Below, one piece after another: positions 21,372-30,753 of a stretch of DNA of 64,000 nt. The position numbers and the translations under genes are program-made. The notes under the pieces were generated by a model. The model was not told the DNA's origin. It saw only the letters and a program-made list of their open reading frames with translations, and searched no databases. Positions within the stretch are counted from its first letter, which is position 1; the number at the start of each line of letters is the position of its first letter. The stretch spans positions 426,259 to 490,258 of the forward strand of contig JBPOFY010000003.1 of NCBI GenBank assembly GCA_051252375.1, in the 5' to 3' direction. This stretch comes from Opitutaceae bacterium (lineage in GTDB: Bacteria; Verrucomicrobiota; Verrucomicrobiia; Opitutales; Coraliomargaritaceae).

Positions 21372-22196
21372 ATGATCCCATCCATCAAATCCTCGAAATC
21401 TAAACTATTCTGGTGCGCATTGCTACTTGCCGGTGTTGCCACTGTTGCTTATGCGCAAGATGCTGGAGCGGCAGCAGAAGTCGTCGAAAGTTCTGAAAAG
21501 AGCTTCCTGCAAATGATCGGCGCCGGCGGTTGGGCGATGTATCCACTCGGCTTCTTGTCTATGTCTGCTTTCGCTTTGACAGTGTATAACTTCATGGCGT
21601 TGCGCCCGAAGGACTTTTTCAATGAAGAAGTCGCTGCGCAATTGGGTGAGAAACTCGACAATGTTGATATCGACGGTGCCAAAGCGCTTTGTGATGAAAA
21701 CCTATCTCCTTTGACGCGTATTGTTAAGCATGGTCTTGATTCTGTTCGTGGTGGTAATGTTGACACGGACCTTTTCCGTCAGCGTCTTGAAGCCGGCTCA
21801 GGTAAGGAGCTCGCTCAACCTTACGTCATCATTAACTACCTATCGATCATTGCCTCGATCGCACCTATGTTGGGGTTGTTGGGAACGGTTTCTGGTATGG
21901 TCAAGGCGTTCAACTCGATCGCGACTGTGGGTATGGGGCAGCCTGACCTTCTTGCGGGTAATATTTCGGAAGCACTGATCACCACTGCCTCCGGTATGTT
22001 GGTTGGTATTCCGACGATGTTCTTCTTCTTCTATTTTAAGAATCAATACGGCAAGCTAGTAGCCGACATGACCATGTATTTGGATGACATGTATGGCGAC
22101 CTTGTTCACGGAATGCGCACCAAGGGCGGTTCAGGTGGAGCAGCACCAAGTCCAGCTAGATCGATGCCTACGCCTCCGCCAAATCCACGCGGCTAA
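21372..22196 (+). CDS. exbB: MotA/TolQ/ExbB proton-channel family protein with signal peptide (copy B)
   Basis: [30 protein letters not shown] cleavage site; Pro-rich C-terminal tail. Confidence 0.92.
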   Translation: MIPSIKSSKSKLFWCALLLAGVATVAYAQDAGAAAEVVESSEKSFLQMIGAGGWAMYPLGFLSMSAFALTVYNFMALRPKDFFNEEVAAQLGEKLDNVDIDGAKALCDENLSPLTRIVKHGLDSVRGGNVDTDLFRQRLEAGSGKELAQPYVIINYLSIIASIAPMLGLLGTVSGMVKAFNSIATVGMGQPDLLAGNISEALITTASGMLVGIPTMFFFFYFKNQYGKLVADMTMYLDDMYGDLVHGMRTKGGSGGAAPSPARSMPTPPPNPRG

Positions 22197-22224
22197 TTGG
22201 CTCTAAGCTTATTTAAGCAATAAT

Positions 22225-22641
22225 ATGAGTCTGAAAGGATATAAAGTGCCCAATGAGGGAGAGGAGTTTGACCTCACGCCGATGATCGACGTGGTGTTCT
22301 TGCTCATCGTCTTCTTCATGACCGTGGCCAGTATGTTGACCGCAGATAAGATTGATATGAATCTTGCTGTGGCCGAAGAATCGGCAATTCCGAAAGAGAT
22401 CAAGCAGCGTTACACTTTTTCAGTGTTGAACGATGGCACCTTCTATTCGGGAGCAAAGATAGTTTCTGAAGCAGAGTTGAACTCCGAGCTAGCACGTCTT
22501 GCTAGGATTAATAAAAAGATGAAGATTGTCGTCCGTGCTGACCGTAAGACCGAGCATCAGCATGTTAACAAGTTGCTCGCAGTTTGTGCGGCCAACGGGA
22601 TTAACGATATCATCTTTGCCACTTATCAAAGCGACCTATAG
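22225..22641 (+). CDS. exbD: ExbD/TolR family protein
   Basis: DLTPMIDVVFLLIVFFM containing the conserved TM Asp; VVRAD. Confidence 0.92.
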   Translation: MSLKGYKVPNEGEEFDLTPMIDVVFLLIVFFMTVASMLTADKIDMNLAVAEESAIPKEIKQRYTFSVLNDGTFYSGAKIVSEAELNSELARLARINKKMKIVVRADRKTEHQHVNKLLAVCAANGINDIIFATYQSDL

Positions 22642-22652
22642 CATCCATTAAT

Positions 22653-23084
22653 ATGAAAGCATCTGATATATTTGAAAGTGCAGGGAAGCCGGATTTAACA
22701 CCGATGATTGACGTGGTCTTCCTGATGCTAGTCTTCTTCATGGTGACAACTGAATTGATTAAGCAGGAAGCAGACTTGGGGATTCAGTTACCCTCGAACG
22801 CTCCTCCTGAAGCGGCTCCTGAATTACCTTCCAAGCACACTGTAGATATACTGCCGGACGGAACCGTTTTATTGAACGGCGGCAATACCGGTGATGATAT
22901 CTATGGTGATTTGAGCGGACTGACCAACATGTTGGGTGGCTTGAAGGCATCTGCGGATCGTTTGCAAAAAAAGACTATCGTAACCATTCAGGCGGATCCA
23001 TTTTCGCCTCATTACCGTTCGATCGATGTCTTAAATGCATGCTCTCGAGCGAATCTGAAGTTTGTTTCTTTCAGCCAGATGTAG
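22653..23084 (+). CDS. exbD: Second ExbD/TolR family protein
   Basis: DLTPMIDVVFLMLVFFM; IQLP; TIQAD. Confidence 0.92.
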   Translation: MKASDIFESAGKPDLTPMIDVVFLMLVFFMVTTELIKQEADLGIQLPSNAPPEAAPELPSKHTVDILPDGTVLLNGGNTGDDIYGDLSGLTNMLGGLKASADRLQKKTIVTIQADPFSPHYRSIDVLNACSRANLKFVSFSQM

Positions 23085-23130
23085 CTCTAATTCGCAGTAG
23101 TATTTCTGCGGTTTTTCATTTTTTTCGACT

Positions 23131-24216
23131 ATGGCAGTTTCGCACAACGATAATCAGCTTGGTAAGCCTTTGCGTAGTAAGAAAAAACGCGGTGCCGTGT
23201 TTATCGTTATCGCAATCAGTGTTGGAGTGCACGTCCTTGGTTTGGGTGTTTTTGGCATCATCAAGATTGTTGAAACGATAGCGCCTAAGCCTGAGTTTGA
23301 AGCGCCTCCTGTGGAAATGGTGGATCAACCGCCACCACCTCCGCCTCCACCGCCTACTACGAAGCGCACGCAGAAGAGTTTACCGAGACCTCAGCCTTTG
23401 GTCGCGCAGAATCCACAAAATATGGATGTGCCGATGATTGAAATGCAGGACTCAAATTTAGCGATTGGAGGTCGTGGCGTCGGCGGTGGTTTTGGTGAGC
23501 TTGGCGGCGGCATGTTGGACCGCGTGGACATCAGCTTCTTCGGTATTGAAGGGGGCAATAATGTAGTCGTCCTATTTGACCGAACTGGTTCTGGGCAGAA
23601 TATTTTCAATAGGACTCGCGCTGAGCTGATGAAGACGATTGATGCCATGAAGTCGAATGTTGGTGCCAGACTTGCGGTCCTTTATTTTGGCGGTAGAGAA
23701 GGGGGGCACCAAGGGATTAGCAAGAATGGAAGTGACCCGACGAAGCATGATTACTGGTGGCCGAAAGGTATTCGTAGTAACACTTGGTTGTATCCCGAAC
23801 GTGGCGAGGCGGAGTCTCTCGTATCTGAACTTAAAAAAATTCCTGACCCGAGGGGGAAGGGCGCTGCAAAAGCCGCAAAGGATCCGCAAGACATCAAGCG
23901 TGGAAAAGCATATTTCGTATTAGGGACTAATTTCTGGGGGGCTCTTGAGTCGGCTTATCGCTTAGATCCGGCTCCGGACACAGTGTATATCATGGTCGAG
24001 CCAGGTGTGGCATTTACGACCAGCGCTATCGTAAGAAGCTCCTTTGCCAGCTGGAAAAAATATGGAGTGGATAAACCGAAACAAACAACCGTTTATTTCG
24101 TCGTTGGTAAGCCAAAGAAACAAGTTAAGGATAAGGCTGCATTAAATCTAATGGTCAATTTGGTGCATGGTGGAAGTCTGTCCCAGAAAGAAATTGATAA
24201 GCTGATTATTTATTAA
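23131..24216 (+). CDS. TonB/TolA-like anchored poly-proline protein with vWA-like C-terminal domain
   Basis: TM with SxxxH (ISVGVHVLG), P9 tract, Gly linker, then VVVLFDRTGS (MIDAS-like), TNFWGAL and PDTVYIM. Confidence 0.7.
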   Translation: MAVSHNDNQLGKPLRSKKKRGAVFIVIAISVGVHVLGLGVFGIIKIVETIAPKPEFEAPPVEMVDQPPPPPPPPPTTKRTQKSLPRPQPLVAQNPQNMDVPMIEMQDSNLAIGGRGVGGGFGELGGGMLDRVDISFFGIEGGNNVVVLFDRTGSGQNIFNRTRAELMKTIDAMKSNVGARLAVLYFGGREGGHQGISKNGSDPTKHDYWWPKGIRSNTWLYPERGEAESLVSELKKIPDPRGKGAAKAAKDPQDIKRGKAYFVLGTNFWGALESAYRLDPAPDTVYIMVEPGVAFTTSAIVRSSFASWKKYGVDKPKQTTVYFVVGKPKKQVKDKAALNLMVNLVHGGSLSQKEIDKLIIY

Positions 24217-24248
24217 TTCTCTGAAAAATTAACCAAGATTATTAATTT

Positions 24249-25397
24249 ATGACTACTCCACATAATGCCAATCGTCTAGGTGATCCGTTACGCAGTAAGA
24301 AAAAGCGTGGCGCCGTGTTTATGGTTATCGCAATTAGCGTAATCGTGCACGTTCTTGGTTTAGGGGTTTTCGGGATCATCAAAATCGTTGAGACAATAGC
24401 GCCGAAGCCAGAGTTCGAAGCGCCTCCGTTGGAAGTGATCGATACGCCGCCACCGCCACCACCGCCACCACCGACGACAAAACGCATGCAGCGGAGTATG
24501 CCGCGTCCGCAGCCTTTAGTTGCGCAAAATCCACAGAACATGGATGTGCCAATGATTGAGATGAAAGATTCTGATTTAGCACTTTCAGGTGGGCGTGGAT
24601 TCGGTGGAGGACTTGGAGAGCTAGGAGGTGGAGCAGTGGACGCGGTTCGCTTGACGAGCTTTGGCTTTGACCGTGCTCTTGAGGGCACACTCACCGGCAC
24701 GTTGTTCGACTTCAAGAATGATGAGAATGGCAATCCGATCAAGCGTATGCCGGCGATGAAGCCGGGGACGAATATGGCGTTGATACCATATTTCGAACCA
24801 TTCGTTCGAAAATATTCCACAAATATGGATGTAGATAAGCTCGTTAGATCTTATACCAAGGCAGATGCCAACCTATACGCTTCTTATTTTATTATTCCGT
24901 TTCAAAGTGCATCGATTGCCCCGCGTTCATTTGGTGCGGAAGGGAAGATTATGCCCACGATGATTGGAGTTCACTATGAAGGCTCTTATAAACCGCAAAA
25001 ATCAGGGACCTTTCGCCTAGTTGGTCGGGGGGATGATGTGCTTCTTGTTCGGATCAATGGAAAGATGGTCCTCGATGGTTCGGTTGTGGGGAACTATTCA
25101 TCATGGAATTATAGTTCGACCAATAAGAGAAATGATGAGGAGAATCTAAAGGTGTTTTTTGGATTTAAAGAAAATTTCTTTGGTGTCACAGGCGACTGGT
25201 TTAATCTTCGAGAAGGTGTGGATACTGAGGTAGAGATTTTTATCTCTGAAGTTCCGGGCGGACATTTTGGCGCCTATATTTTGATCGAGGAAGAGAATGT
25301 GCCAGGATTACAAATTTTTTCGACACGTCCTTTGAGCGACCAAGATAAAGCGTTCTTGCGTAAGACTCACCGCGATACGGCAAAGTTTATGAAGTGA
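24249..25397 (+). CDS. TonB/TolA-like anchored poly-proline protein with PA14-like C-terminal domain
   Basis: N-terminal ~120 aa nearly identical to 23131..24216 (ISVIVHVLG, P9); C-terminal SGTFRLVGRGDDVLLVRINGKMVLD resembles PA14. Confidence 0.7.
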   Translation: MTTPHNANRLGDPLRSKKKRGAVFMVIAISVIVHVLGLGVFGIIKIVETIAPKPEFEAPPLEVIDTPPPPPPPPPTTKRMQRSMPRPQPLVAQNPQNMDVPMIEMKDSDLALSGGRGFGGGLGELGGGAVDAVRLTSFGFDRALEGTLTGTLFDFKNDENGNPIKRMPAMKPGTNMALIPYFEPFVRKYSTNMDVDKLVRSYTKADANLYASYFIIPFQSASIAPRSFGAEGKIMPTMIGVHYEGSYKPQKSGTFRLVGRGDDVLLVRINGKMVLDGSVVGNYSSWNYSSTNKRNDEENLKVFFGFKENFFGVTGDWFNLREGVDTEVEIFISEVPGGHFGAYILIEEENVPGLQIFSTRPLSDQDKAFLRKTHRDTAKFMK

Positions 25398-25484
25398 TGT
25401 ATTTAAAAACCGTCGCTTGCGAATTATCTAGTCAATCTCAGGCATGTTGCCTATGAATTAAGCTTTTATAACCCCACAATAATT

Positions 25485-26738
25485 ATGCAAAATAAGATAC
25501 CACAAACTGCCGTTGCCGCGGCATTCTGCTTGATGGCTTTTTCCGGTTGCCAGCATGTGACCGAAGATGCGCCGAAAGGTGCTTTCGCTCAGGATCAAGT
25601 ATTTCTAGAGCAACATACGGACGTTGTTTTATTGAAGAAAGGTGACGCCGCAGTGTCCGTCGTCCCAGCCTATCAAGGACGTGTGATGACCAGCACCTAT
25701 GATAGCCATGATGGACCTAGTTTTGGTTGGATCAATCGCCCGGTTATTGAGCGTGGCTTTATGTCCGAGGAAGACGCGAAGGGTAAACTGGAGGAGCACA
25801 TTTATATCTTTGGTGGTGAAGAGCGTTTCTGGCTCGGACCAGAAGGTGGTCAGTATGCTCTGTATTTTAAGCCCGGTGCTAAGTTCGAGTTCTCTGATTG
25901 GAAGACCCCGGCTCCGATCGATACTGAGGCATTCAAACTGGTTAAGAAGACTGCCGATACAGCAGTATTCTCTCATGAGTGTGAGCTCGTGAACTATAGC
26001 GGCACTGTCTTCAACATGGAGATCGAGCGAACAGTGCGTTTGCTCGACGATAATGCAGCTGCAGAGGTGATCGGTGGCAAGTTGGCAGAAGGTATTCGCA
26101 TGGTCGCTTATGAAACAGATAATCGTGTAACGAATGTTGGAAATGCCGCATGGGTCCCCGAGTCTGGTTTACCCTCAATCTGGATCCTTGGTATGTATAA
26201 CCCTGCGCCGAAGACGACTGTAGTCATTCCTTTCAAGGCGGGCTCGACAAAGAAGCTCGGACCTAAGGTTAAAGACGACTATTTCGGCAAAGTGCCTAAA
26301 GATTACTTGAGCGTCAAAAAGGATGTTCTGTTCTTCAAGGGCGACGGCACTCGTCGCGGCAAGATAGGTATCAGCCCATTACGCACGAAGGGTGTGGCTG
26401 GAAGCTACGATGCAGACGGTCAAGTCCTCACGATTGTTACTTATAATGAGCAAGCAGCACCTCACGGCTATGTGAACTCATCTTGGGAGATTCAAAAGGA
26501 GCCTTATAAAGGTGATGTGATCAATTCTTACAATGATGGATCACCTGAAGAGGGCGTGGCACCTTTAGGACCATTCTACGAGTTGGAAACGTCTTCGCCA
26601 GCAGCGGCACTGAAGCCAGGTGAGACAATTCAGCACGTTCAACGCACGATGCACTTCCAAGGTTCCGAGGAGCTGCTCGACCCAATTGCAAAGCGCGTAT
26701 TGGGCGTTGGTATCGAAGCCATTAAGAATAGCTTCTAG
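25485..26738 (+). CDS. Lipoprotein, DUF6786-like (uncharacterised)
   Basis: Lipobox FSGC; YQGRVMTST, GGEERFWLGPEGGQ, NSYNDG, FYELETSSPA. Confidence 0.75.
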   Translation: MQNKIPQTAVAAAFCLMAFSGCQHVTEDAPKGAFAQDQVFLEQHTDVVLLKKGDAAVSVVPAYQGRVMTSTYDSHDGPSFGWINRPVIERGFMSEEDAKGKLEEHIYIFGGEERFWLGPEGGQYALYFKPGAKFEFSDWKTPAPIDTEAFKLVKKTADTAVFSHECELVNYSGTVFNMEIERTVRLLDDNAAAEVIGGKLAEGIRMVAYETDNRVTNVGNAAWVPESGLPSIWILGMYNPAPKTTVVIPFKAGSTKKLGPKVKDDYFGKVPKDYLSVKKDVLFFKGDGTRRGKIGISPLRTKGVAGSYDADGQVLTIVTYNEQAAPHGYVNSSWEIQKEPYKGDVINSYNDGSPEEGVAPLGPFYELETSSPAAALKPGETIQHVQRTMHFQGSEELLDPIAKRVLGVGIEAIKNSF

Positions 26739-26753
26739 TTCTTCCTTTTCTTG

Positions 26754-26796
26754 AGCCTCCTCTGATTTAAGCAATTTTTTCGGAGGAGGCTTTTTT
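26754..26796 (+). terminator. Intrinsic terminator closing the TPR-ExbBD operon
   Basis: Stem AGCCTCCTCTGA / TCGGAGGAGGCT followed by a T run. Confidence 0.8.
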
Positions 26797-26868
26797 GTAT
26801 CCGATATGTAGTGTAAAGATCCTTCCAGGAAATTGGTTTAATATAATATTGTTCATCGTCTCTTATTT

Positions 26869-28332
26869 ATGAAAAAGCAGATTCTTTCTTTCTTGGCGTT
26901 ATTTCTAGTTGCCGGCTTATCGTGGGGTGCTGACAAGGCATCTACTAAGCCGAATGTCGTCTTTATCTTCTCAGATGACCAATCCTTTGAGACTATTGGA
27001 GCGCATGGTTTGACGGATATTGATACGCCCAACTTAGATCGTCTGGTCAATGGGGGTGCTAGCTTCAGCAAAGCTTATAACATGGGTGCGTGGGGTGGTG
27101 CGGTTTGCGTGGCTAGTCGAGCATGTTTGAATTCAGGTGCTTTTCTTTGGCGTGCACAGGATGCGACAAAGGCAATCGGAGAGGGCAAGCGTAAGTCTTG
27201 GTCCCAATTGATGTCCGATAAGGGATACGAGACCTACATGACGGGTAAATGGCATGTTGGTGGCCTCAGTGCGCCGAAACTTTTTGATCATTCAGGAACA
27301 ATTAGAGCAGGCATGCCTAAGCAGCACCCGAAAGGCTATAATCGACCCAAGAACGAGGCCGACTATGCGACTGGTTGGAAGCCATGGGAGACCAAGTGGG
27401 GTGGTTTCTGGGAAGGTGGTAAGCACTGGAGTGAAGTGACTGCCGACGAGAGTATTGGTTTTATTGAAAACGCGGCAAAGTCTGACAAACCGTTTTTCAT
27501 GTATTTGGCTTTTAATGCACCGCACGATCCTCGTCAGGCGCCAAAAGAGTATATCGATATGTATCCCTTGGATCGTATTAAAATTCCAGAGAACTATATC
27601 CCGAAGTATCCTGAGCAAGGTAAGGGAGGGGTGCCAATTATTCGTGACGAAAATCTCATGCCGTATCCACGCAGTGAGTTTGCCGTTAAGATCAATCGCC
27701 AAGAGTATTATGCAGCCGTGACGCACATGGACGCTCAGATTGGTCGTATCCTTGAGGCGCTCGGAGAGACTGGGAAGATGGACAATACGTGGATCATCTT
27801 TTCCGGTGACCATGGACTGGCTGTTGGCCACCACGGGCTCGTCGGTAAACAAAATATGTATGAGGATTCGCTGTGTGCTCCCTTTATTATTTGGGGACCT
27901 GGTGTGCAAGCGGGTGCGAAGTTCGATGTGCCAATCTACATTCAAGATGCGATGGCCACCGCCCTCGATATCGCAGGTGCGAACAAGCCTGAATATATCG
28001 AATACAAGAGTGTGCTGCCTATTCTATCAGGTGAAGCTGATCAAAGCTACGAATCGATGTATGGTGCCTACATGAACACACAACGAATGATCCTGCGTGA
28101 TGGTTGGAAGGTGATCGCTTATCCACAGCTTAAGAAGGTGAAACTCTTCAACCTTGAGAAAGACCCGCTTGAGATGAACGACCTTGCCTCAAATCCAGAG
28201 TATGCGGGCAAGTTGAAGCAACTCACTGAACTTCTCGAGCAACAGATGGATGTGATGGGCGATCCCATGACTTCGTTGGCTAAGGCTGATTTCAATGCGA
28301 AGCAGTCGAAGGCAAAAAAAGGCGAACATTAG
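26869..28332 (+). CDS. Sulfatase (S1, CxAxR variant)
   Basis: PNVVFIFSDDQ, CVASRACLNSG, GKWH, APHDP, GDHG, GKQNMYE. Confidence 0.92.
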   Translation: MKKQILSFLALFLVAGLSWGADKASTKPNVVFIFSDDQSFETIGAHGLTDIDTPNLDRLVNGGASFSKAYNMGAWGGAVCVASRACLNSGAFLWRAQDATKAIGEGKRKSWSQLMSDKGYETYMTGKWHVGGLSAPKLFDHSGTIRAGMPKQHPKGYNRPKNEADYATGWKPWETKWGGFWEGGKHWSEVTADESIGFIENAAKSDKPFFMYLAFNAPHDPRQAPKEYIDMYPLDRIKIPENYIPKYPEQGKGGVPIIRDENLMPYPRSEFAVKINRQEYYAAVTHMDAQIGRILEALGETGKMDNTWIIFSGDHGLAVGHHGLVGKQNMYEDSLCAPFIIWGPGVQAGAKFDVPIYIQDAMATALDIAGANKPEYIEYKSVLPILSGEADQSYESMYGAYMNTQRMILRDGWKVIAYPQLKKVKLFNLEKDPLEMNDLASNPEYAGKLKQLTELLEQQMDVMGDPMTSLAKADFNAKQSKAKKGEH

Positions 28333-29144
28333 AGGCTGCTTATAGCGCCGTCTTTTTCGAAGTAGATCGCATCGACGCTGCCAGTTATTTGAGCGCTTTC
28401 TCCTTCATTCATTAGCAGCACTGCCGTGGAGAAAGCGTCAGCCATGGTTGCGCTTGAGTGAGTGAGCCACAAGCGAGGGAATTGATAATTTGTGTGTGAG
28501 TCGCGCGGCGAAATGATATGGCTGCCTTGAATCGAAGTCCCGGACGCGCTGAGCGCTTGATTTTGTAGCGACAGCTTCAGTGTGTCTTTGTCGCCTCTAA
28601 GCTCGATCTCCCAAGCTTCCTCACCGAACGCTAGCTGTGTGCTCGCACCTGCGGAGAGTAACGCGGACTTAATCCCCATGTCTTCGATCACGCTGCGCAT
28701 TTTATCTAAGGCAAATCCTTTGCCGATACCGCCGAGATCGATCTCACGACCGGGCTCTGTGCAGTGAATCGCTGGACGATCGGGGTCGACCATGAGCTGA
28801 CCGCAGAGTAATGGTGCGACACCGTCGTGTTCGTTCTTCCGATGTTCAATCTGTGTGCCCAGAGTGATGTCGAAGAGCCCGTCGGTTTGCACGTAAGCAT
28901 GCAGTGCGTATTGCAAACATTCGTAACAGAGGTCGCTTAAGATCAGAGTCTCACCTGCTTGCATGTGGTTGATTTGCCAGACTTCGCTGCCTTCGATGTA
29001 GCGACTAAGCGAGTGCTCGATTTCATCAATCAGAGTGATCGCTGCCTGCGCCACACTATTGCAGAGAGACTTGTCAGGTCCTCTCAGGCGTAGCGTGAAA
29101 GTCGTCTTCATCGCATCGTGTATGTATGTGTGGAGCTGCTCCAT
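28329..29144 (-). CDS. apbE: FAD:protein FMN transferase (ApbE family), no signal peptide
   Basis: AMKTTF, LSRY...SEV..IN, TDGLFDITLG, DLGGIGKGFALD, HIISPR, ADAFSTA. Confidence 0.85.
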   Translation of the reverse strand: MEQLHTYIHDAMKTTFTLRLRGPDKSLCNSVAQAAITLIDEIEHSLSRYIEGSEVWQINHMQAGETLILSDLCYECLQYALHAYVQTDGLFDITLGTQIEHRKNEHDGVAPLLCGQLMVDPDRPAIHCTEPGREIDLGGIGKGFALDKMRSVIEDMGIKSALLSAGASTQLAFGEEAWEIELRGDKDTLKLSLQNQALSASGTSIQGSHIISPRDSHTNYQFPRLWLTHSSATMADAFSTAVLLMNEGESAQITGSVDAIYFEKDGAISSL

Positions 29145-30613
29145 TAATCTTCAGTGTCCATCCATTGCTGCCAGAGCTCGTTGTCCAAATAAACATGAAT
29201 CGGGAAGTTTTCTCGCAAGCTTCTTGGCACCTGTGTGTGGCTGCCTTTTAGGAGGGCTGCCATGGCTGGCTGTTGTTCTGGAGTGACCAGTAGAATGTCG
29301 CGCTCTTTCAGTTCAGGCGTTACAGTTGGCCAGTAGCCGATGTTCTCAAACGAACGGAGATACCAAGGGAGTGGCCAATAGCCAGTGCCCACGACCGCGA
29401 GCGGGGCATCCCTTTCTATTGGAAGCTTTTTCAACCAGATCGAGAGCGACTCCACATCTTGGCTCGTCGGCACATAGGCGTAGGGATTTCTGACGTCATT
29501 CTCGAAACGCCCGCTGGCTTGTGAGCTTTGGTAGACCTGAAAGCCTAGGCAGGCTACGAGCAACACATAGATCGGCGCGGGCACCTGCTTGTTCTCTTTT
29601 GATGCAAATGCAAAACCAGTGAGCAGACAGGCATGTGCCCAAGGTGCCAACATAAGCCAAGGGGTCTTATACCCGATCATGCTATAGATTAGTAAGTGTG
29701 TGACTGTTGCCGCGGCTAAGAAAATGACCGTCGAAGAATGGCGATTTCTCAATGCAGCGATGATTGCGAAGAGTGCGATGCTGGCTTCTGTCCACCAGAT
29801 ACCAAGCGCGTGTTTTGGCCAGAGCATTTGATGGAGATAAAAGAAGAACGGCTTCTCGTGCCCCTCAGTCGTTTCATAAACAAAGTAGGTGCGAACTGCA
29901 TCGACGATACCTTGGGATGAGCGAAAGCCATCACTGTAAAAGAGTGCTGCGATGAATGCCGCAGCCGCAGCCACAATGAATGCGGGAAATAAGTATAGGC
30001 GCACTGGCGGCAATTTTCTGTGCCACAGGCAAACCACTAGCAAGCCTGCCCCCCAACTGAGGATGGTGATAACAAAAGTTTCTTTGGTGGCATACATCAA
30101 CCCAATGCAGGCACCAGCCAGCAGTGCGATTTTAATATTGGGTCGCTGGCTCAGTCGATAGAGCGCGGCGAGTGCCAGCATCGTGAAGAGCGCAAACCAG
30201 CTTTCGTGAATGTAAACGCGGCTATAGTAAACGAGTAGGGGGGAGCTCGCTAAAAAAGCGCCAGTAGCGAGTGCACCGACATGACCGAGGCGAACCTGCC
30301 AGAGCAGTGGGGTGAGAATGATCAGCGTTCCGGCAAACACAGTGCCGAGCCGTAGGGTGAGTTTGCTGAGATCGGGCCAGCTCGATTCATTCCTAAGTTT
30401 AGCTAGGGGCACGGTGCTGAGGCTTAAAGTAGGACCATGGAAGTGGCTGGGATTAAAGCTGTAATCAGCACCTTCCAGACGCTCCGCCAAAATACGCGCG
30501 CCGGTTGCCTCGTCAGCATGCATCGGGCGATCCTCTAGGTTATGAAGCCGTAGAAACAGACCGACCCCACAAATTGTGAGCCATGCGGCAACTATTATGA
30601 TACGTCGAGGCAT
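29144..30613 (-). CDS. GT-C-fold multi-TM glycosyltransferase (PMT/GT39-like; TIGR03663/Agl23-like)
   Basis: LRLHNLEDRPMHADEA, FHGPTL, SPLLVYYSR, ATKET, YKTPW, WPLPWYLR; about 10 TM segments; TAATG overlap with apbE. Confidence 0.8.
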   Translation of the reverse strand: MPRRIIIVAAWLTICGVGLFLRLHNLEDRPMHADEATGARILAERLEGADYSFNPSHFHGPTLSLSTVPLAKLRNESSWPDLSKLTLRLGTVFAGTLIILTPLLWQVRLGHVGALATGAFLASSPLLVYYSRVYIHESWFALFTMLALAALYRLSQRPNIKIALLAGACIGLMYATKETFVITILSWGAGLLVVCLWHRKLPPVRLYLFPAFIVAAAAAFIAALFYSDGFRSSQGIVDAVRTYFVYETTEGHEKPFFFYLHQMLWPKHALGIWWTEASIALFAIIAALRNRHSSTVIFLAAATVTHLLIYSMIGYKTPWLMLAPWAHACLLTGFAFASKENKQVPAPIYVLLVACLGFQVYQSSQASGRFENDVRNPYAYVPTSQDVESLSIWLKKLPIERDAPLAVVGTGYWPLPWYLRSFENIGYWPTVTPELKERDILLVTPEQQPAMAALLKGSHTQVPRSLRENFPIHVYLDNELWQQWMDTED

Positions 30614-30633
30614 TGTTGTCTTTCATAACAGTG

Positions 30634-30656
30634 ATAGTTGCCGTAGCTGCAACTAT
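30634..30656. promoter_or_regulatory. Inverted repeat in divergent intergenic region (possible operator)
   Basis: ATAGTTGC-cgtagct-GCAACTAT. Confidence 0.35.
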
Positions 30657-30753
30657 GATTCTTCGAGACTATGTGCAAAATTCATAGGTAATTTATTTAA
30701 AGCAGGGGTAATGCGTCTTTTATATATTCTCGATTTCTGATAGCACTCATTGA

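Noticed and set aside
21372..23084. Flagellar MotAB or canonical Tol-Pal
   Set aside because: The partners are ExbD/TolR-type with no OmpA-like domain, and no tolB, pal or flagellar genes are present.
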